Source: Eledone cirrhosa
Lineage: Eukaryota
Assembly (NCBI GenBank): GCA_964016885.1
Contig: OZ024756.1
Span: 29,884,001 to 29,948,000, forward strand
DNA: 64,000 bases
Direction: 5' to 3'
Each line of letters opens with the position of its first letter. The stretch's first letter is position 1. The notes under the pieces were generated by a model. The model searched no databases and was not told where the DNA came from. It saw nothing but the letters and a program-made list of their open reading frames with translations. Position numbers and translations under genes: made by a program. Positions 13,113 to 28,124 of this stretch are shown here, piece by piece.

Positions 13113-13844
13113 ATATATATATATATATATACACGAAATGAAATTCCTCATATCGTTTCCATTCCGCCATAAAACAAAACAAAACAACAAATATAAAAAA
13201 CAAAAAACAAAAACAAAACAGAACTATATTTTATTCAAATTCATACGGTTGGCTGATTGTGAGCTTCCACAATTATAACATTTTTAAGGAGTGTGCCCAG
13301 AAAAAGGAGGCAACTGAAAAGAAAATAGCGCCCCACCCCCAAACAAAAAAGAAACCAAATAAACAAGCAAACAGAAAAAGTGTAAAGAAGATCTTGACGT
13401 TTGGTGTAAAAAAATAAAATAAAAAAAATGGTGATGATAATATACAAAAAAAATAAAATAAGGGATTTATGTCATTCAAACTGAAAAGCGTGCTTAATAT
13501 AAATTTAATAAATCTAACTAATTGCCACCATTTTAGTTGATATTGTTGTGGTTGTTGTTGCTACTGTTGTTGTTGTTTCTAGTTGTCTTGGTAAATTAGA
13601 CCAACATTTCATAATAACGTCTGCTCTAGTTTCTTGTTTTTTGTAGTCAATTTTTTAAAGATTTTTAATATATTTTTCTCAATTAAGCTCCGAAGGGTGA
13701 GTTTGTCCGCCCGAAATCTTCAATATTACTTCGTATCCCTATTGCCACACCTGCCCCCCATCTTTACCCCACAATGACTGCCTCGGGATCAGACACAGTA
13801 AAATTAACGTCAAGAATAATAGCCGTCAAGTGCACAAATATTAC

Positions 13845-14072
13845 GAGAGTCGTTAGAATATTGGATTAAACGCTTAGCGATTCGTCTCGACCCTCTGGGC
13901 TTTGAGTTCAAATTCCGCCGAGGTCAACTCCGCTTTTCATCTTTTTGGTGTTGATAAAATAAAGGATTAAGCCAAGAGTAGTGGATTGGTAGAATCGTTA
14001 AAAAAAAAGTCGGAAGTGGGGATGCTTTGCGCGGTATCTGTTCCACCTTTGTGCGTTCAGAGTTCAAATATC
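13845..14072 (+). mobile_element. Two degraded SINE A copies
   Basis: GAGTTCAAATTCCGCCGAGGTCAACT...GATAAAATAAAG, and a second head GTGGATTGGTAGAATCGTTA...GAGTTCAAAT. Confidence 0.65.
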
Positions 14073-14091
14073 GCAAGCTCTTCTCCAAGTG

Positions 14092-14299
14092 GAGAAGTAA
14101 TTAGCATAAAGGGCCGGTAGATTATACATCACCTTCTGCACTAGGCTGACATCTTGTGAGAAGTAATTAGCCTAAACCAGCAGATTGTACATTGCCTTTC
14201 CCAGTGGGCTGACCTCTTGTGGGAAGTAATTAGGCTAAAGGACCAGCAGATTATACAACACCTTCCCCAGTAGGCTGACCTCTTGTAATTAGCCTAAAG
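14092..14299. repeat. Degenerate ~60-65-bp tandem repeat (about 3.5 copies)
   Basis: Recurrent GAAGTAATTAG...CAGATT...GGCTGACCTCTTGT. Confidence 0.75.
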
Positions 14300-14436
14300 C
14301 AGGCATGTCAAACACGCGGCCCGCGAGCCAGGTGCAGCCCTTTACAAGCACACCTGCGGCCCGCCCAAAGGTTTTTACAGCGCGAGCATGTTTTTATCTT
14401 CGTAATATAAAATAATAAAAAAATAGTTGTAATGTG
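14300..14436 (+). mobile_element. hAT-type MITE left part (family of 18421-18593)
   Basis: CAGGCATGTCAAA...GCGGCCCGC...AGTTGTAATGTG is shared with the 18421 copy. Confidence 0.7.
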
Positions 14437-14735
14437 CCAATCCCCCTGCCCTGTAATGTTTCATTAATAAAAATAGTTAAGAAGATACTTTTTGCCCACC
14501 CTGTATATACAGACTGAAATACATACCACCTGCGTATTACACTGTATCGATTACCGTTGTTATAGTAATTGATAAGATTGAAATCAGTTACTGCATTGAT
14601 AAATAGTTTACCAATTTCAAAAGGATGAAAACTGAAGCTCACTTTAGATTAAAACAAAAGGACAAACCTAAATATCTTAATATGATCCAGCAAATAACAA
14701 GCGTGCTCAAAAAGAAAATAGAATAAAAAAAGATT

Positions 14736-14923
14736 TTGTTTCTACTTTAGGCACAAGGCCAGCAAATTACCCAGTGCATTACTGGTACTTTATTTTATCG
14801 ACCCCGTAAGGATGAAAGGCAAAGTCAACCTCAGCGGGATTTTAACTCAGATCGTAAAGGGACGTAACTATGCTGGAAAGCATGGCGTCCGACCCTCTAC
14901 TGATACTGCCAATCCACCGCCCT
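14736..14923 (-). mobile_element. SINE family A, full length
   Basis: Matches the family A consensus. Confidence 0.9.
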
Positions 14924-15143
14924 TGAATAGAATAAAAAAAGATTAATGGTGTTAAGAATGAAATTCTAATCATTCCATCCACAAATTCTTGCAATTCCTC
15001 TGTTATTGTCTCGCCGTTCCTCAAGTAATGTCTACACGCCTGGTTGTCTAATTGGAATGTGAAAATGTGGGATCCCTATTATAAAATATACGGTTGTTAA
15101 TCGGACACAAGACACAACCGCAAGTATAATAGAATAAATAATT

Positions 15144-15193
<50 letters not shown>

Positions 15194-15245
15194 ACAGACA
15201 AACACACACACATACACACACACACACACATACACACACACACTA

Positions 15246-15285
<40 letters not shown>

Positions 15286-15376
15286 GTAAGTGATTATATT
15301 TTAGATAATTTAAAAACCTTGGTTCTCTACACTTCAAATATATATATACAGTATATATATACAGTATATACATACA

Positions 15377-15435
<59 letters not shown>

Positions 15436-15442
<7 letters not shown>

Positions 15443-15856
15443 ATACTTGGGGAGGGTCATATTTGTGTAATATTGCCAGAATTAATAACAGAACACACTC
15501 ACTGTTTGGTTGGTTTTCGCTTTTCGCTTCTGTGTCCTTTATATCGATTAATTTAATTTATTCGGTCCTCAATGTTGCCATTGACTGACCAACGGTCAAA
15601 AATAATACAGATACAATATAATGTTTGTATCTATATTGTATCTGTATTAGTTTTGACCGTTGGTCAGTCAATGGCAACATTGAGGACCGAATAAATTAGA
15701 TTACCGATATAAAAGACACAGAAGCGAAAAGCGAAAACCAACCAAACAGTGAGTGTGTTCTGTTATTAATTCTGGCAATATTACACAAATATGACCCTCC
15801 CCAAGTATAACAATATTTGTTTCGACACACGATTTCATATCAAAAACCTCGCAAAA

Positions 15857-15860
<4 letters not shown>
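15436..15860. mobile_element. Long fold-back insert in (TA)n (~185-bp arms, ~45-bp tail)
   Basis: 15436-15620 is a near-perfect inverse of 15633-15815. (TA)n on both sides. Confidence 0.9.
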
Positions 15861-15904
<44 letters not shown>

Positions 15905-15909
15905 CTGTA

Positions 15910-16250
15910 TATCACCTTGATCACCTTGACCGACCAGTCTGTCACCATTGGTCATAGCACGTGCTGTTTTAGCCATATGATGACGCCACCCCACTGGCTG
16001 GGCGGGCAGGCCGTAAGTCTGAAGCCAGAATACTCATTTGGCCGGTGCTTATCCCGGTTTCATGGCGTGAAGAGACTGAGAGTACAAGATTCCCCCCTGG
16101 ACAGGAGACCAGCCCATCGCAGTGTTAAACCTCCAGCTATTGCTGGTACTCATTTTCAGCTGAGTAAACTGGAGCAACGTGAAATAAAGTGTCTTGCTCA
16201 AGGAAACAACACATCACCCGGTCTGTCTGAGAATTGATCTCACAACCTTT
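15910..16250 (-). mobile_element. SINE family B, long-tail variant
   Basis: Family B core plus a different 3' region ending in (CAAGGTGAT)2. Confidence 0.75.
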
Positions 16251-16276
16251 CGCCTTCACCATTCGCCTTCACCATA

Positions 16277-16340
<64 letters not shown>

Positions 16341-16447
16341 CTACATATGCATACACACACATACATATATAAATACATATATATATATGTGTGTGTGTGT
16401 GTGGGCGTGTGAGTGTGTGTGTGTTTGTGTGTGTGTGTGAGAGAGAG

Positions 16448-16523
<76 letters not shown>

Positions 16524-16679
16524 GGGTGTCCTTTTCATTCGTTTGTAGTTAAGTCTTGAAATTAATTAATAATTATATTATTTCAATGAAAATTATACGT
16601 TTGGTTGAAAATCAATGACATTGATTGATTTTCAAGTGAGTTCAGAAATTTCCCTCCTGTGTGTGTATATATATATATA

Positions 16680-16748
<69 letters not shown>

Positions 16749-16959
16749 GTATATATACATAAATACATACACACACATACACACATATATATATATATGT
16801 ATGTATAAAGTATAAATAGATGTATATATGTGTAATGTATATATATATGTATATATGCATTATACATATATATATACATTGCACATATATACATATAATT
16901 ATACTTTATACATATATATATGTGTGTATGTGTGTGTGTGTATGTATTTATGTAAAAAC

Positions 16960-17001
<42 letters not shown>

Positions 17002-17668
17002 GTATATATATATATATACACACACATATATATGTATAAAGTATAAATGTATATATATAAAACATATATATATGTATAAAGTATAAATATATGTATATGT
17101 ATGTATAATGTATATATATGCATGCATGTATAATGTATACATGTATATATATTTACACACTTACCCCCCCCCCCACACACACACACACATTCAGGTTAAA
17201 TATACATCTGTGCACCAATTTAATTATTTTTATTATTTCAAACTAGTGCAGTTGTATTTTCAATATAATGTATTTGAAAGAACATTTGTTCACTACTTAC
17301 ACACACACACACACACATATATACACACACACACACATATGTATATATACATAGCCGCACGCACATGAATGTCTGTGTGTGCGTGTGTATGTGTATGTGT
17401 CTGTGTGTGTATGTATGTGTGTGTATGTATGTGTGTGTGTGTGTGTGTGTTTTGGTAAGGGCGTGTGGTTGCGAGAAGCTGACAAATCAATCGAGAATGC
17501 CGCTGACGTCACATAATGTGGTGCATCCTACATTAGAGTCATGCTGTGAGTATGTAGGTGATAAAGAGAGATTCCAATCTTGTTGTTGTATATTTGTGTG
17601 TCAGTGTGTATATATATGTATACATACATATATACATACATACATACATACATACATACATACATACA

Positions 17669-17701
<33 letters not shown>

Positions 17702-17877
17702 GAACCTAATATTAACACTTTGTACTGCGTCTTCGCTTCCTTGTTTTTTTTTCTTGTTTTCTGTTTTAACTATAATATATATATATATGCTCATTTCTTG
17801 TTTTTTTTTGTTTTAACTATATATGCTCATTAATGCACAAGAAATTAGAACGAAGATTAATGTAAAATTTTGCAACA

Positions 17878-17939
<62 letters not shown>

Positions 17940-18420
17940 AACGCACACACACATATACGCACAAACATACACAAAAAACACACGCGCACACACACACACA
18001 TACACACACATATACATAAATTATTAGCAGAAAATACACACATAAGACAAACAGACAGCTACACTTTTACTTTATCAGCCACATAGCTCGTGTGCAATTT
18101 TGTACATTAGTGTGGCATTACACTTGAAATTCCAGTTTGTGCAACAGATTCGAGAACGTCTCTGTTGCTAACAAAACCAAGAATGGGCAGGAATATCCAC
18201 GTGTGTCTTTTGACAAAAACATGGATAAATACCTAAAAAATTACGACTAGAAATAAATTAACATCGGACTTAGTATGTGAAATTTGCATCATGTTATTGC
18301 TCGGAAAATTGAAAAAAGTTCGACTTTCCTCAAAAGAATATGGTACGTTTGCGGAGCTTCAGGGAAAATGTTTGCTATCTACCAAAGCTGAGAGATAAAA
18401 GACAAAGCGATCGTTTAAAG

Positions 18421-18593
18421 CAGGCATGTCAAAGGTGCGGCCCTTTACTAGCACACCTGCGGCCCGCACAAACGTTTTTACAGCACGAGAGTAATATAAA
18501 ATAAAAAAAAATTAGTTGTAATGTGTGGTCCTCAGACAACACATATGTAACCCATGTGGCCCCCCTCGGGGGGCCCTCAGTTTGGCATGCCTG
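18421..18593. mobile_element. hAT-type MITE
   Basis: TIRs CAGGCATGTCAAA / TTTGGCATGCCTG; 8-bp TSD GTTTAAAG/GTTTAAAA. Confidence 0.85.
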
Positions 18594-18791
18594 GTTTAAA
18601 AGGTCAAGTGAGAAAGAAGACATGTGTATGATAGTGAGAGAGAAAAAGATGAGAGAGTGGAAGATAGGAAAGGAGAGAGAGAGAGAGGGGGGAGAGAGAG
18701 GGAATACAAATAACAACAGAAGTAGCAGCAACGAAATCAACAAGAAATGCAACTGCAGCAACTGCAGTAGCAGCAACAAAAGCAACAACAA

Positions 18792-18823
<32 letters not shown>

Positions 18824-19378
18824 GCAACAACAACAACAACAACAACAATAACAACAACAACGACGACAACAACAACAACCATCCAAAAATCGTACCAAAA
18901 AAAATAAAATAAAGAGAAGTCAACTACAAAACTATAGCATATATTCCAAAATATACAACAGCAACAACAACAGTAACAACAACAACAATAACAACAGCAA
19001 CAATAACAACAACAACAACAACAACGATAACTACAACAATATCTCAGAAAATACTACAATTACTACTACTATCGACAAAATAAAAAAAAATGTGGCGCGA
19101 AAATTGGAACAAAAAAAAAGTACGCTCGTGCCTTTCTGTAAATTAGGTCAATGTTGGTTAAAGGAGGAGGAAGGGGCGGGGGAGGGGGGAGAAATATGCA
19201 GAGGAGGAGCAAAGAGGAGTGGGAGGTGGGAATGGTAAGAGGATGGAGTGTAAGACGAGAGAATTCCAATGTCTATATATATGTCATACATTCTTATATA
19301 TATATATATATATATAGTAAAGATCCCGTTAAGGGTGAAAGCAGCGATTCTTTGCTTAAACTTTAATCTGTTATTTTA

Positions 19379-19421
<43 letters not shown>

Positions 19422-19560
19422 GAAAATAAAACAATTCTTCGGCTCTGTTTAATTACATTGAGTTATACCTTTTACTGTCATTTCTATAATACGAAGAGGG
19501 TGTTTAACTCCAACACGCTCCAGTATTTTAATCCTTATATATATATATATATATATCACA

Positions 19561-20030
19561 TATAGAATTCACAAGAATCAAAGCTATGTTCAAAGCATTT
19601 ATTAACTTACAATTGTTTCATCCAAACCTATGCTTGGTGTCTTTTCATTTTAATTTTAATTTTGTTTTAATTTTGTTGTAATTTTGATATTGATCTTGAC
19701 TTTGAATTTGAATTTCTATACGGAAGTAATATAATATAATATATGTCACTCCACTGTAAATCAATATATACATATGTATCTGTATGTCTCTTGCGTTGGA
19801 AAGGAGGTCAATCATGTGTACAAACATTGAAAAATGCTCCGAAGACTCCAAGCCTAGTTTGGATGAAACAATTGTAAGTTAATAAATGCTTTGAACATAG
19901 CTTTGATTCTTGTGAATTCTATATAACTGCTCTGTAGAACAACTGATGTTATTACATTGAGCTATTTATCTTACTGGTAATAAGGTAGTAATTAATTACT
20001 GACCTTCACTGTTTAGGGTTGAAAATATAT
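19561..20030. mobile_element. Fold-back PLE-like insert with hammerhead
   Basis: 19561-19643 is the inverse of 19842-19923; a tail follows. Confidence 0.8.
19836..19879 (+). ncRNA. Minimal type I hammerhead ribozyme motif
   Basis: GCT-CCGAAGA-c-TCCAAG-cctag-TTTGGA-t-GAA-ACAATTGT-A-AGT, with palindromic stem III and a short stem I. Confidence 0.65.
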
Positions 20031-20107
20031 ATAACTATAAAAAGTTTTAGTATATACATAACCATAAATAGTATCCTTAATATTATATATATCACATGTA
20101 TATATAT

Positions 20108-20178
<71 letters not shown>

Positions 20179-20253
20179 CATGTATATATATGTGTGTATA
20201 TATGTCACACATGTATATATATGTGTGTATATATGTCACACATTCATATATGA

Positions 20254-20292
<39 letters not shown>

Positions 20293-20414
20293 ACACATGT
20301 ATATATATATGTGTGTATATATATATGTGTATGCATGCATGTATAAATAAAAACACACACACACATATACACACACGCATATATATATATATATATGTGT
20401 GTGTAGTATATGTA

Positions 20415-20450
<36 letters not shown>

Positions 20451-20658
20451 TGTATGTATGTATGTATGTATATATATATATATATATATATGTAGGAGGT
20501 TTGAAATGCGCATAATAAAATACTTGGAAATCTTTTAACCATCTTTTGATCTTATATTATACATATATATATATGCATATCCACATATACACATGCACAT
20601 GTATATTGGCATAAAGAACTGCTCACACATGCATACATAACTTTATGCATGTATGTAT

Positions 20659-20711
<53 letters not shown>

Positions 20712-21232
20712 ATATATGTATATATATATGTGTGTGTTTGTATGTGTGTATCTCTGTAAATGTATATATTTATATACATGTAAGTATACATACAAACATA
20801 CATATATATATATATAATATATATATATACATTGACACACATGTACACACATACCAACGCGTCCACCATATTTCGATGAGTCAGCTACTCTGATATTCGG
20901 GGGAATCTGTCAATTTTTATTTATTTATTACTGTATTTTATGAGTAGGGGTGGGTTGTGGGGGTTGGAGTTGAGTGTGGGTGGGTTTCAGTGACCCCCTT
21001 TTACCCTACTCCCTAATTTCCACCCCCCACCAGCACCCTTTCCTATCCTTCTCTAGCTCTCCCTCCACGCCAAACTATTACGTTCTCGTCGTTATCTTTT
21101 CCTTATTCTTCTTCTGGTTCTTCGTGTTTTTGTTGCCGTTTCGGTTGCTTTCCTTCGTAGTCTTTTCTACATCTCATTCCTTCTTCACCCCCAGCCCTTC
21201 TCCCCCCCCCAACATCACCCTCGTTATTCAGT

Positions 21233-21278
<46 letters not shown>

Positions 21279-21346
21279 ATAAATATATATATATATATAT
21301 ACATATATAAACATAAATATATATCTATATATATACATATATAAAC

Positions 21347-21404
<58 letters not shown>

Positions 21405-21554
21405 GCACACATATATATGCGATAGAAAGAGTCTATGCCCGACGGCGGAGTTATTGCCGTTTCGATATCTAGTTCCAGGAACTAGTTCACCGACTCTGTC
21501 TAATATGGTCGCATTCCACTATTCCAAGTATTGAAACTCTATTGAATAATGGTC

Positions 21555-21967
<413 letters not shown>

Positions 21968-21969
<2 letters not shown>

Positions 21970-22132
21970 GTTATTCCGGGTTGAATCGGAGGTAACCACA
22001 GTAAGTAAGGTACTCAATACATAGCAGAGTATAAAAGTTTTAATATAGATGAGATTCTACAGGACTAGAACTGTTTCATTCATTAGAAATCATCACTAAT
22101 GAATGAAACAGTTCTAGTCCTGTAGAATCTCA

Positions 22133-22168
<36 letters not shown>

Positions 22169-22332
22169 CGTTATTCCGGGTTGAATCGGAGGTAACCACA
22201 GTAAGTAAGGTACTCAATACATAGCAGAGTATAAAAGTTTTAATATAGATGAGATTCTACAGGACTAGAACTGTTTCATTCATTAGAAATCATCACTAAT
22301 GAATGAAACAGTTCTAGTCCTGTAGAATCTCA

Positions 22333-22336
<4 letters not shown>
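21968..22336. mobile_element. Two identical tandem copies (200-bp period) of a fold-back insert with truncated hammerhead at apex
   Basis: Minus arm reads TGATGA-TTTC-TAAT-GAAT-GAAACAGTTCTAGTC. Relatives lie at 8275-8335 and 42285-42345. Confidence 0.8.
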
Positions 22337-22381
<45 letters not shown>

Positions 22382-22417
22382 GTAATAAACAACATAAGGC
22401 AATTATTCCATTTACTC

Positions 22418-22528
22418 CACTACATTACTGGTACTTTATTTTATCGACCCCGTAAGGATGAAAGGCAAAGTTAACCTCGACGGGATTTGAACTCAGACCG
22501 TAAAGGGACGTAACTATGCTGGAAAGCA
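22418..22528 (-). mobile_element. SINE family A, partial
   Basis: Matches the family A core. Confidence 0.85.
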
Positions 22529-22747
22529 TATAATAACAAGAAAAAAGAAATAAAAGAAAAAAAAGGAAGAAGAGGTAGGAGGAGAAGGTGGTGGAGGAGG
22601 AGGAGATGGAAATAGAACGATAACGAAAATAATGAGAATGAGATGATGATGATGATGATGTTAATGATGTTGATGACGATGATGATGATGGTGATGATGA
22701 TGGTGATGATGATAATAATAATAATGATGATGGTGACGATGATGATA

Positions 22748-22806
<59 letters not shown>

Positions 22807-23049
22807 GCTAATGATGCTAATGATGATGATGATGATGGTGACGATGATGATATTTATGATGATGACAGTGGTGATGACGATAATGATGGTGATGGTGATG
22901 GTGGAGATGACGATGATGTGGTATAAAGGCGCTGTGACAATGGCCGACAGCTGACAACAATGGCGACCATTGTAAGGTTCAATGGCCGCCATGACTAAAG
23001 CAATTTCCCTCTGTGATAAAAGCTATGTCATCTGTTGTTACAACGTCAC

Positions 23050-23590
23050 TGTTATTTCTGAGTAGGGGCTACTGACGGTGGTGGTGGTGGTGGTGGTGGT
23101 GGTTGTGGTGGTGGTGGTGGTGGTGGTGGTGGTGGTGGTGGTTATTGCTGAGTAGGGGCTACTGACGGTGGTGGTGGTGGTGGTGGTTGTGGTGGTGGTG
23201 GTGGTGGTTGTGGTGGTGGTGGTGGTGGTTGTGGTGGTGGTGGTGGTGGTGGTGGTGGTGGTGGTTATTTCTGAGTAGGGGCTACTGACGGTGGTGGTGG
23301 TGGTGGTGGTGGTGGTTGTGGTGGTGGTGGTGGTGGTGGTGGTGGTTATTGCTGAGTAGGGGCTACTGACGGTGGTGGTGGTGGTGGTGGTTGTGGTGGT
23401 GGTGGTGGTTGTGGTGGTGGTGGTGGTGGTTGTGGTGGTGGTGGTGGTGGTTGTGGTGGTGGTGGTTGTGGTGGTGGTGGTGGTGGTGGTGGTGGTGGTG
23501 GTGGTGGTGGTGGTAATGGTGGTTGTGGTGGTGGTGGTGGTTGTGGTGGTGGTTATTGCTGAGTAGGGGCTACTGACGGTGGTGGTGGTT
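23050..23590. repeat. Compound VNTR: 28-bp constant motif x5 separated by variable (GGT)n
   Basis: GTTATT(T/G)CTGAGTAGGGGCTACTGACG at about 23051, 23140, 23263, 23344 and 23551. Confidence 0.9.
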
Positions 23591-23774
23591 GTAGTACTAT
23601 CTAGGTGCTGGTGGTAGTGGTGGTGGTTGTGGTGGTGGTGGTGGTGGTAGTGGTGGTGGTGGTGTTGGTGGTGCTTGTTGTGGTGTTTATGGTTATGTGT
23701 ATATATATACGCACACATGTATATACATGCATATCCATGAAAAAAAAAAAAAAAAAAAAAAATATATATACATG

Positions 23775-23808
<34 letters not shown>

Positions 23809-23820
23809 CTTGTATACGCT

Positions 23821-23863
<43 letters not shown>

Positions 23864-23929
23864 CATATATATACATATACATACATGCATATTAAAATAT
23901 TAATATATATATATATATATATACATATA

Positions 23930-24905
23930 TTCGTTTGTGTATGTATATATATATACATATATGCGTGTGTGTATGTATATATATATATACATATATGCGT
24001 GTGTGTATGTATATATATATACATATATGCGTGTGTATATGTATATATATATACATATATGCGTGTGTGTATGTATATATATACATATATGCGTGTGTAC
24101 TTATATGCGTGTGTGTATGTATATATATATATACATATATGCGTGTGTGTATGTATATATATATATATACATATATGCGTGTGTGTGTGTATGTATATAT
24201 ACATATATGCGTGTGTGTATGTGTATGTATATGTATATATACATATATGCGTGTGTGTATGTGTATGTATATGTATATATACATATATGCGTGTGTGTAT
24301 GTGTATGTATATGTATATATACATATATGCGTGTGTGTATGTATATATATATATATACATATATGCGTGTGTGTGTGTATGTATATATACATATATGCGT
24401 GTGTGTATGTGTATGTATATGTATATATACATATATGCGTGTGTGTATGTGTATGTATATGTATATATACATATATGCGTGTGTGTATGTGTATGTATAT
24501 GTATATATACATATATGCGTGTGTGTATGTATATATATATATATACATATATGCGTGTGTGTGTGTATGTATATATACATATATGCGTGTGTGTATGTGT
24601 ATGTATATGTATATATACATATATGCGTGTGTGTATGTGTATGTATATGTATATATACATATATGCGTGTGTGTATGTGTATGTATATGTATATATACAT
24701 ATATGCGTGTGTGTATGTATATATATATATATACATATATGCGTGTGTGTGTGTATGTATATATACATATATGCGTGTGTGTATGTGTATGTATATGTAT
24801 ATATACATATATGCGTGTGTGTATGTGTATGTATATGTATATATACATATATGCGTGTGTGTATGTGTATGTATATGTATATATACATATATGCGTGTGT
24901 GTATG
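23930..24905. repeat. Compound minisatellite anchored on CATATATGCGTGTGTG with higher-order periodicity
   Basis: 30-40-bp subunits recur in a repeating order. Confidence 0.85.
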
Positions 24906-25016
24906 TATGTATAGAAACGATGGTGGTAGTAGCCGTGTTGGTCGTGTTAATTGACGTATTAGTTAGCGGTAGTCATGGTGATAGTGGTCATGAAGTGGCG
25001 AGGGCGGGGTGAGGGG

Positions 25017-25727
25017 TTATGGATTTCCTCGGTAATGAGAATGGCGGCTGTAATATAGTGGTGGCGTTGGCTTGATGGTGGCGGCGGCGGTGGTGGTAAT
25101 GCCGTTGGTGGAGGCGGCGGAGGTGGCGGTGGTGGTGGTATAGAGGTGGTAGCGATGGCTTGGTGGTGGTGGTAATGATGTTGGTGGTGATGGTGGTGGT
25201 GGTGGTGGTGGTGGTGGTGGTAATGATGTTGGTGGTGATGGTGGTGTTGATGGTGGTGGTGGTGGTGGTGGTGGTGGTAATGATGTTGATGATGGTGGTG
25301 GTGGTGGTGGTGGTGGTGGTGGTGTTGATGGTGGTGGTGTTGGTGTATTGAAAAAAGATAATTGCTGAGCCATTGTTATGGCTGATGAAAGAACGGGTCT
25401 GGTGGTGGTGGTGTTGTTGGTGATGTTTTGTGGTGGTGGTGGAGGTGGTGGTTGTGGTGGTGGTGTTGGTAGTGGTGGTTGTGGTGGTGGTGGTGGTGGT
25501 TGTGGTGGTGGTGGTTGTGGTGGTGGTGTTGTTGGTGATGTTTTGTGGTGGTGGTGGAGGTGGTGGTTGTGGTGGTGGTGTTGGTAGTGGTGGTTGTGGT
25601 GGTGGTGGTGGTGTTGGTGGTGGTGGTTGTGGTGGTGGTGTTGGTGGTGGTGGTTGTGGTGGTCTATTGTTTGTGGGAGGATGTCGTAAAGATGTTGCTG
25701 TAGTAGTAGTAGTACTAGTAGTAACAC
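25017..25727 (-). CDS. Possible Pro/Thr-rich low-complexity exon
   Basis: Non-repetitive islands stay in frame (RPVLSSAITMAQQLSFFNT; SHRYHLY...IKPTPPLYYSRHSHYRGNP*). No domain is recognised. Confidence 0.2.
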   Translation of the reverse strand: MLLLVLLLLQQHLYDILPQTIDHHNHHHQHHHHNHHHQHHHHHHNHHYQHHHHNHHLHHHHKTSPTTPPPQPPPPQPPPPPPQPPLPTPPPQPPPPPPPQNITNNTTTTRPVLSSAITMAQQLSFFNTPTPPPSTPPPPPPPPPPSSTSLPPPPPPPPPSTPPSPPTSLPPPPPPPPPPSPPTSLPPPPSHRYHLYTTTTATSAASTNGITTTAAATIKPTPPLYYSRHSHYRGNP

Positions 25728-25760
25728 TAGTAGTAGTAGTGGTAATAATTGTAATAGTAG

Positions 25761-26046
25761 TTGGCTGCTATTTCTAGCTGGTTAGCGAGAGCATGTGAAG
25801 GCCTCCTTGTCATAATGTTTGTCAGTGGAGGATTTGGCTGCTATTTCTAGCTGGTTAGCGAGAGCATGTGAAGGCCTCCTTGTCATAATGTATGTCAGTC
25901 GTGGTACACGAAATTTGAGGATGGATTTAACTGCTATTTCTAGCAGGTGAGTGAGACCATGTTAGCAACCTTCATCAAATGTTTGTCAGTCATGGTAATT
26001 GAAATGGGAGGGGGAATTGGCTGCTATTTCTAGCAGGTGAGTGAGA
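25761..26046. repeat. Four copies of a TGGCTGCTATTTCTAGC(T/A)GGT motif with 74-90-bp period
   Basis: Seen at about 25761, 25835, 25928 and 26017. Confidence 0.8.
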
Positions 26047-26072
26047 CGATATAGAAACTCTCTCGTCTTAAA

Positions 26073-27837
26073 CCACCACCATCACCACCACCACCACCAC
26101 CACCACCACCACCACCACCATGATCACCACCACCACCACCACCATCACCACCACCACCACCACCATCACCACCACCACCACCACCACCACCATGACCACC
26201 TCCAACACCACCACCATTACCACCACCACCACCATGACCACCTCCAACACCACCACCACCATCCCCACCACCATGACCACCTCCAACACCACCTCCAACA
26301 ACACCACCACCATCATCACCACCACCACCACCACCATCCCCACCACCATGATCACCTCCAACACCACCACCACCACCACCACCACCACCACCATCACCAC
26401 CACCACCAAGCCACCATGATCACCACCACCACCACCACCACCACCACCACCATGATCACTACCACCACCACCACCATGATCACCACCACCACCACCACCA
26501 CCAGGATCACCACCACCACCACCACCACTACCACCATCACCACCGCCACCACCATGATCACTACCACCACCACCACCACCACCACCACCACCACCACCAC
26601 CACCACCACCACCATGATCACCACCACCACCACCACCACGACCACCACCATCACCACCACCACCACCACCATGATCACCACCACCACCACCACCACCACC
26701 ACCACCACCACCACCACCACCACAACCACCATGATCACTACCATCACCACCACCATGATCACCACCACCACCACCAAGCCACCATGATCACCACCACCAC
26801 CACCACCACTACCACCATCACCACCACCACCACCATGATCACTACCACCACCACCACCATGATCACTACCACCACCACCACCATCACCACCACCACCACC
26901 ACCACCACCACCACCACCATGATCACCACCACCACCACCACCACGACCACCACCATCACCACCACCACCACCACCATGATCACCACCACCACCACCACCA
27001 CCATCACCACCACCACCACCACCACCACCACCACCATGACCACCACCACCACCACCACCACCACCACCACTACCACCATCACCACCACCACCACCACCAC
27101 CATGATCACCACCACCACCACCACCACCACCACCACCACCACCACCACCACCACCACTACCACCATCACCACCACCATGACCACCACCACCACCACCACC
27201 ACCACCACCACCACCACTACCACCACCACCACCACCACCACCATGATCACTACCACCACCACCACCATGATCACTACCACCACCACCACCATCACCACCA
27301 CCACCACCACCACCACCACCACCACCATGATCACCACCACCACCACCACCACGACCACCACCATCACCACCACCACCACCACCATGATCACCACCACCAC
27401 CACCACCACCATCACCACCACCACCACCACCACCACCACCACCATGACCACCACCACCACCACCACCACCACCACCACTACCACCATCACCACCACCACC
27501 ACCACCACCATGATCACCACCACCACCACCACCACCACCACCACCACTACCACCATCACCACCACCATGACCACCACCACCACCACCACCACCACCACTA
27601 CCACCACCACCACCACCACCACCATTATCCAATAATTTTGCTATCAATATTGCCTTTAACGACACCCCACATTCCACAAGAGTTAGTCATATCTATCGCT
27701 ATGTTATAGTGCTGTTGTTGTTGTTGTTGCTGCTGTTGCTGTTGTTGTTGTTGTTGTTGTTGTTATTGTTTTTGTTGTTGCTATTGGTGCTGTTGTTGTT
27801 GTTGTTATTATTATTGTTGTTGCAGTTGTTGTTGCAG

Positions 27838-27881
<44 letters not shown>

Positions 27882-27954
27882 ATTGTTTTTGTTGTTGCTA
27901 TTGGTGCTGTTGTTGTTGTTGTTATTATTATTGTTGTTGCAGTTGTTGTTGCAG

Positions 27955-28001
<47 letters not shown>

Positions 28002-28074
28002 ATTGTTTTTGTTGTTGCTATTGGTGCTGTTGTTGTTGTTGTTGTTGTTATTGTTGTTGCAGTTGTTGTTGCAG

Positions 28075-28124
<50 letters not shown>

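Noticed and set aside
17504-17511. cAMP-response element TGACGTCA
   Set aside because: A single 8-mer is expected about once by chance in 64 kb.
23050-23590. CRISPR-like constant repeat with variable spacers
   Set aside because: Spacers are only (GGT)n of variable length; eukaryotic context and no cas genes.
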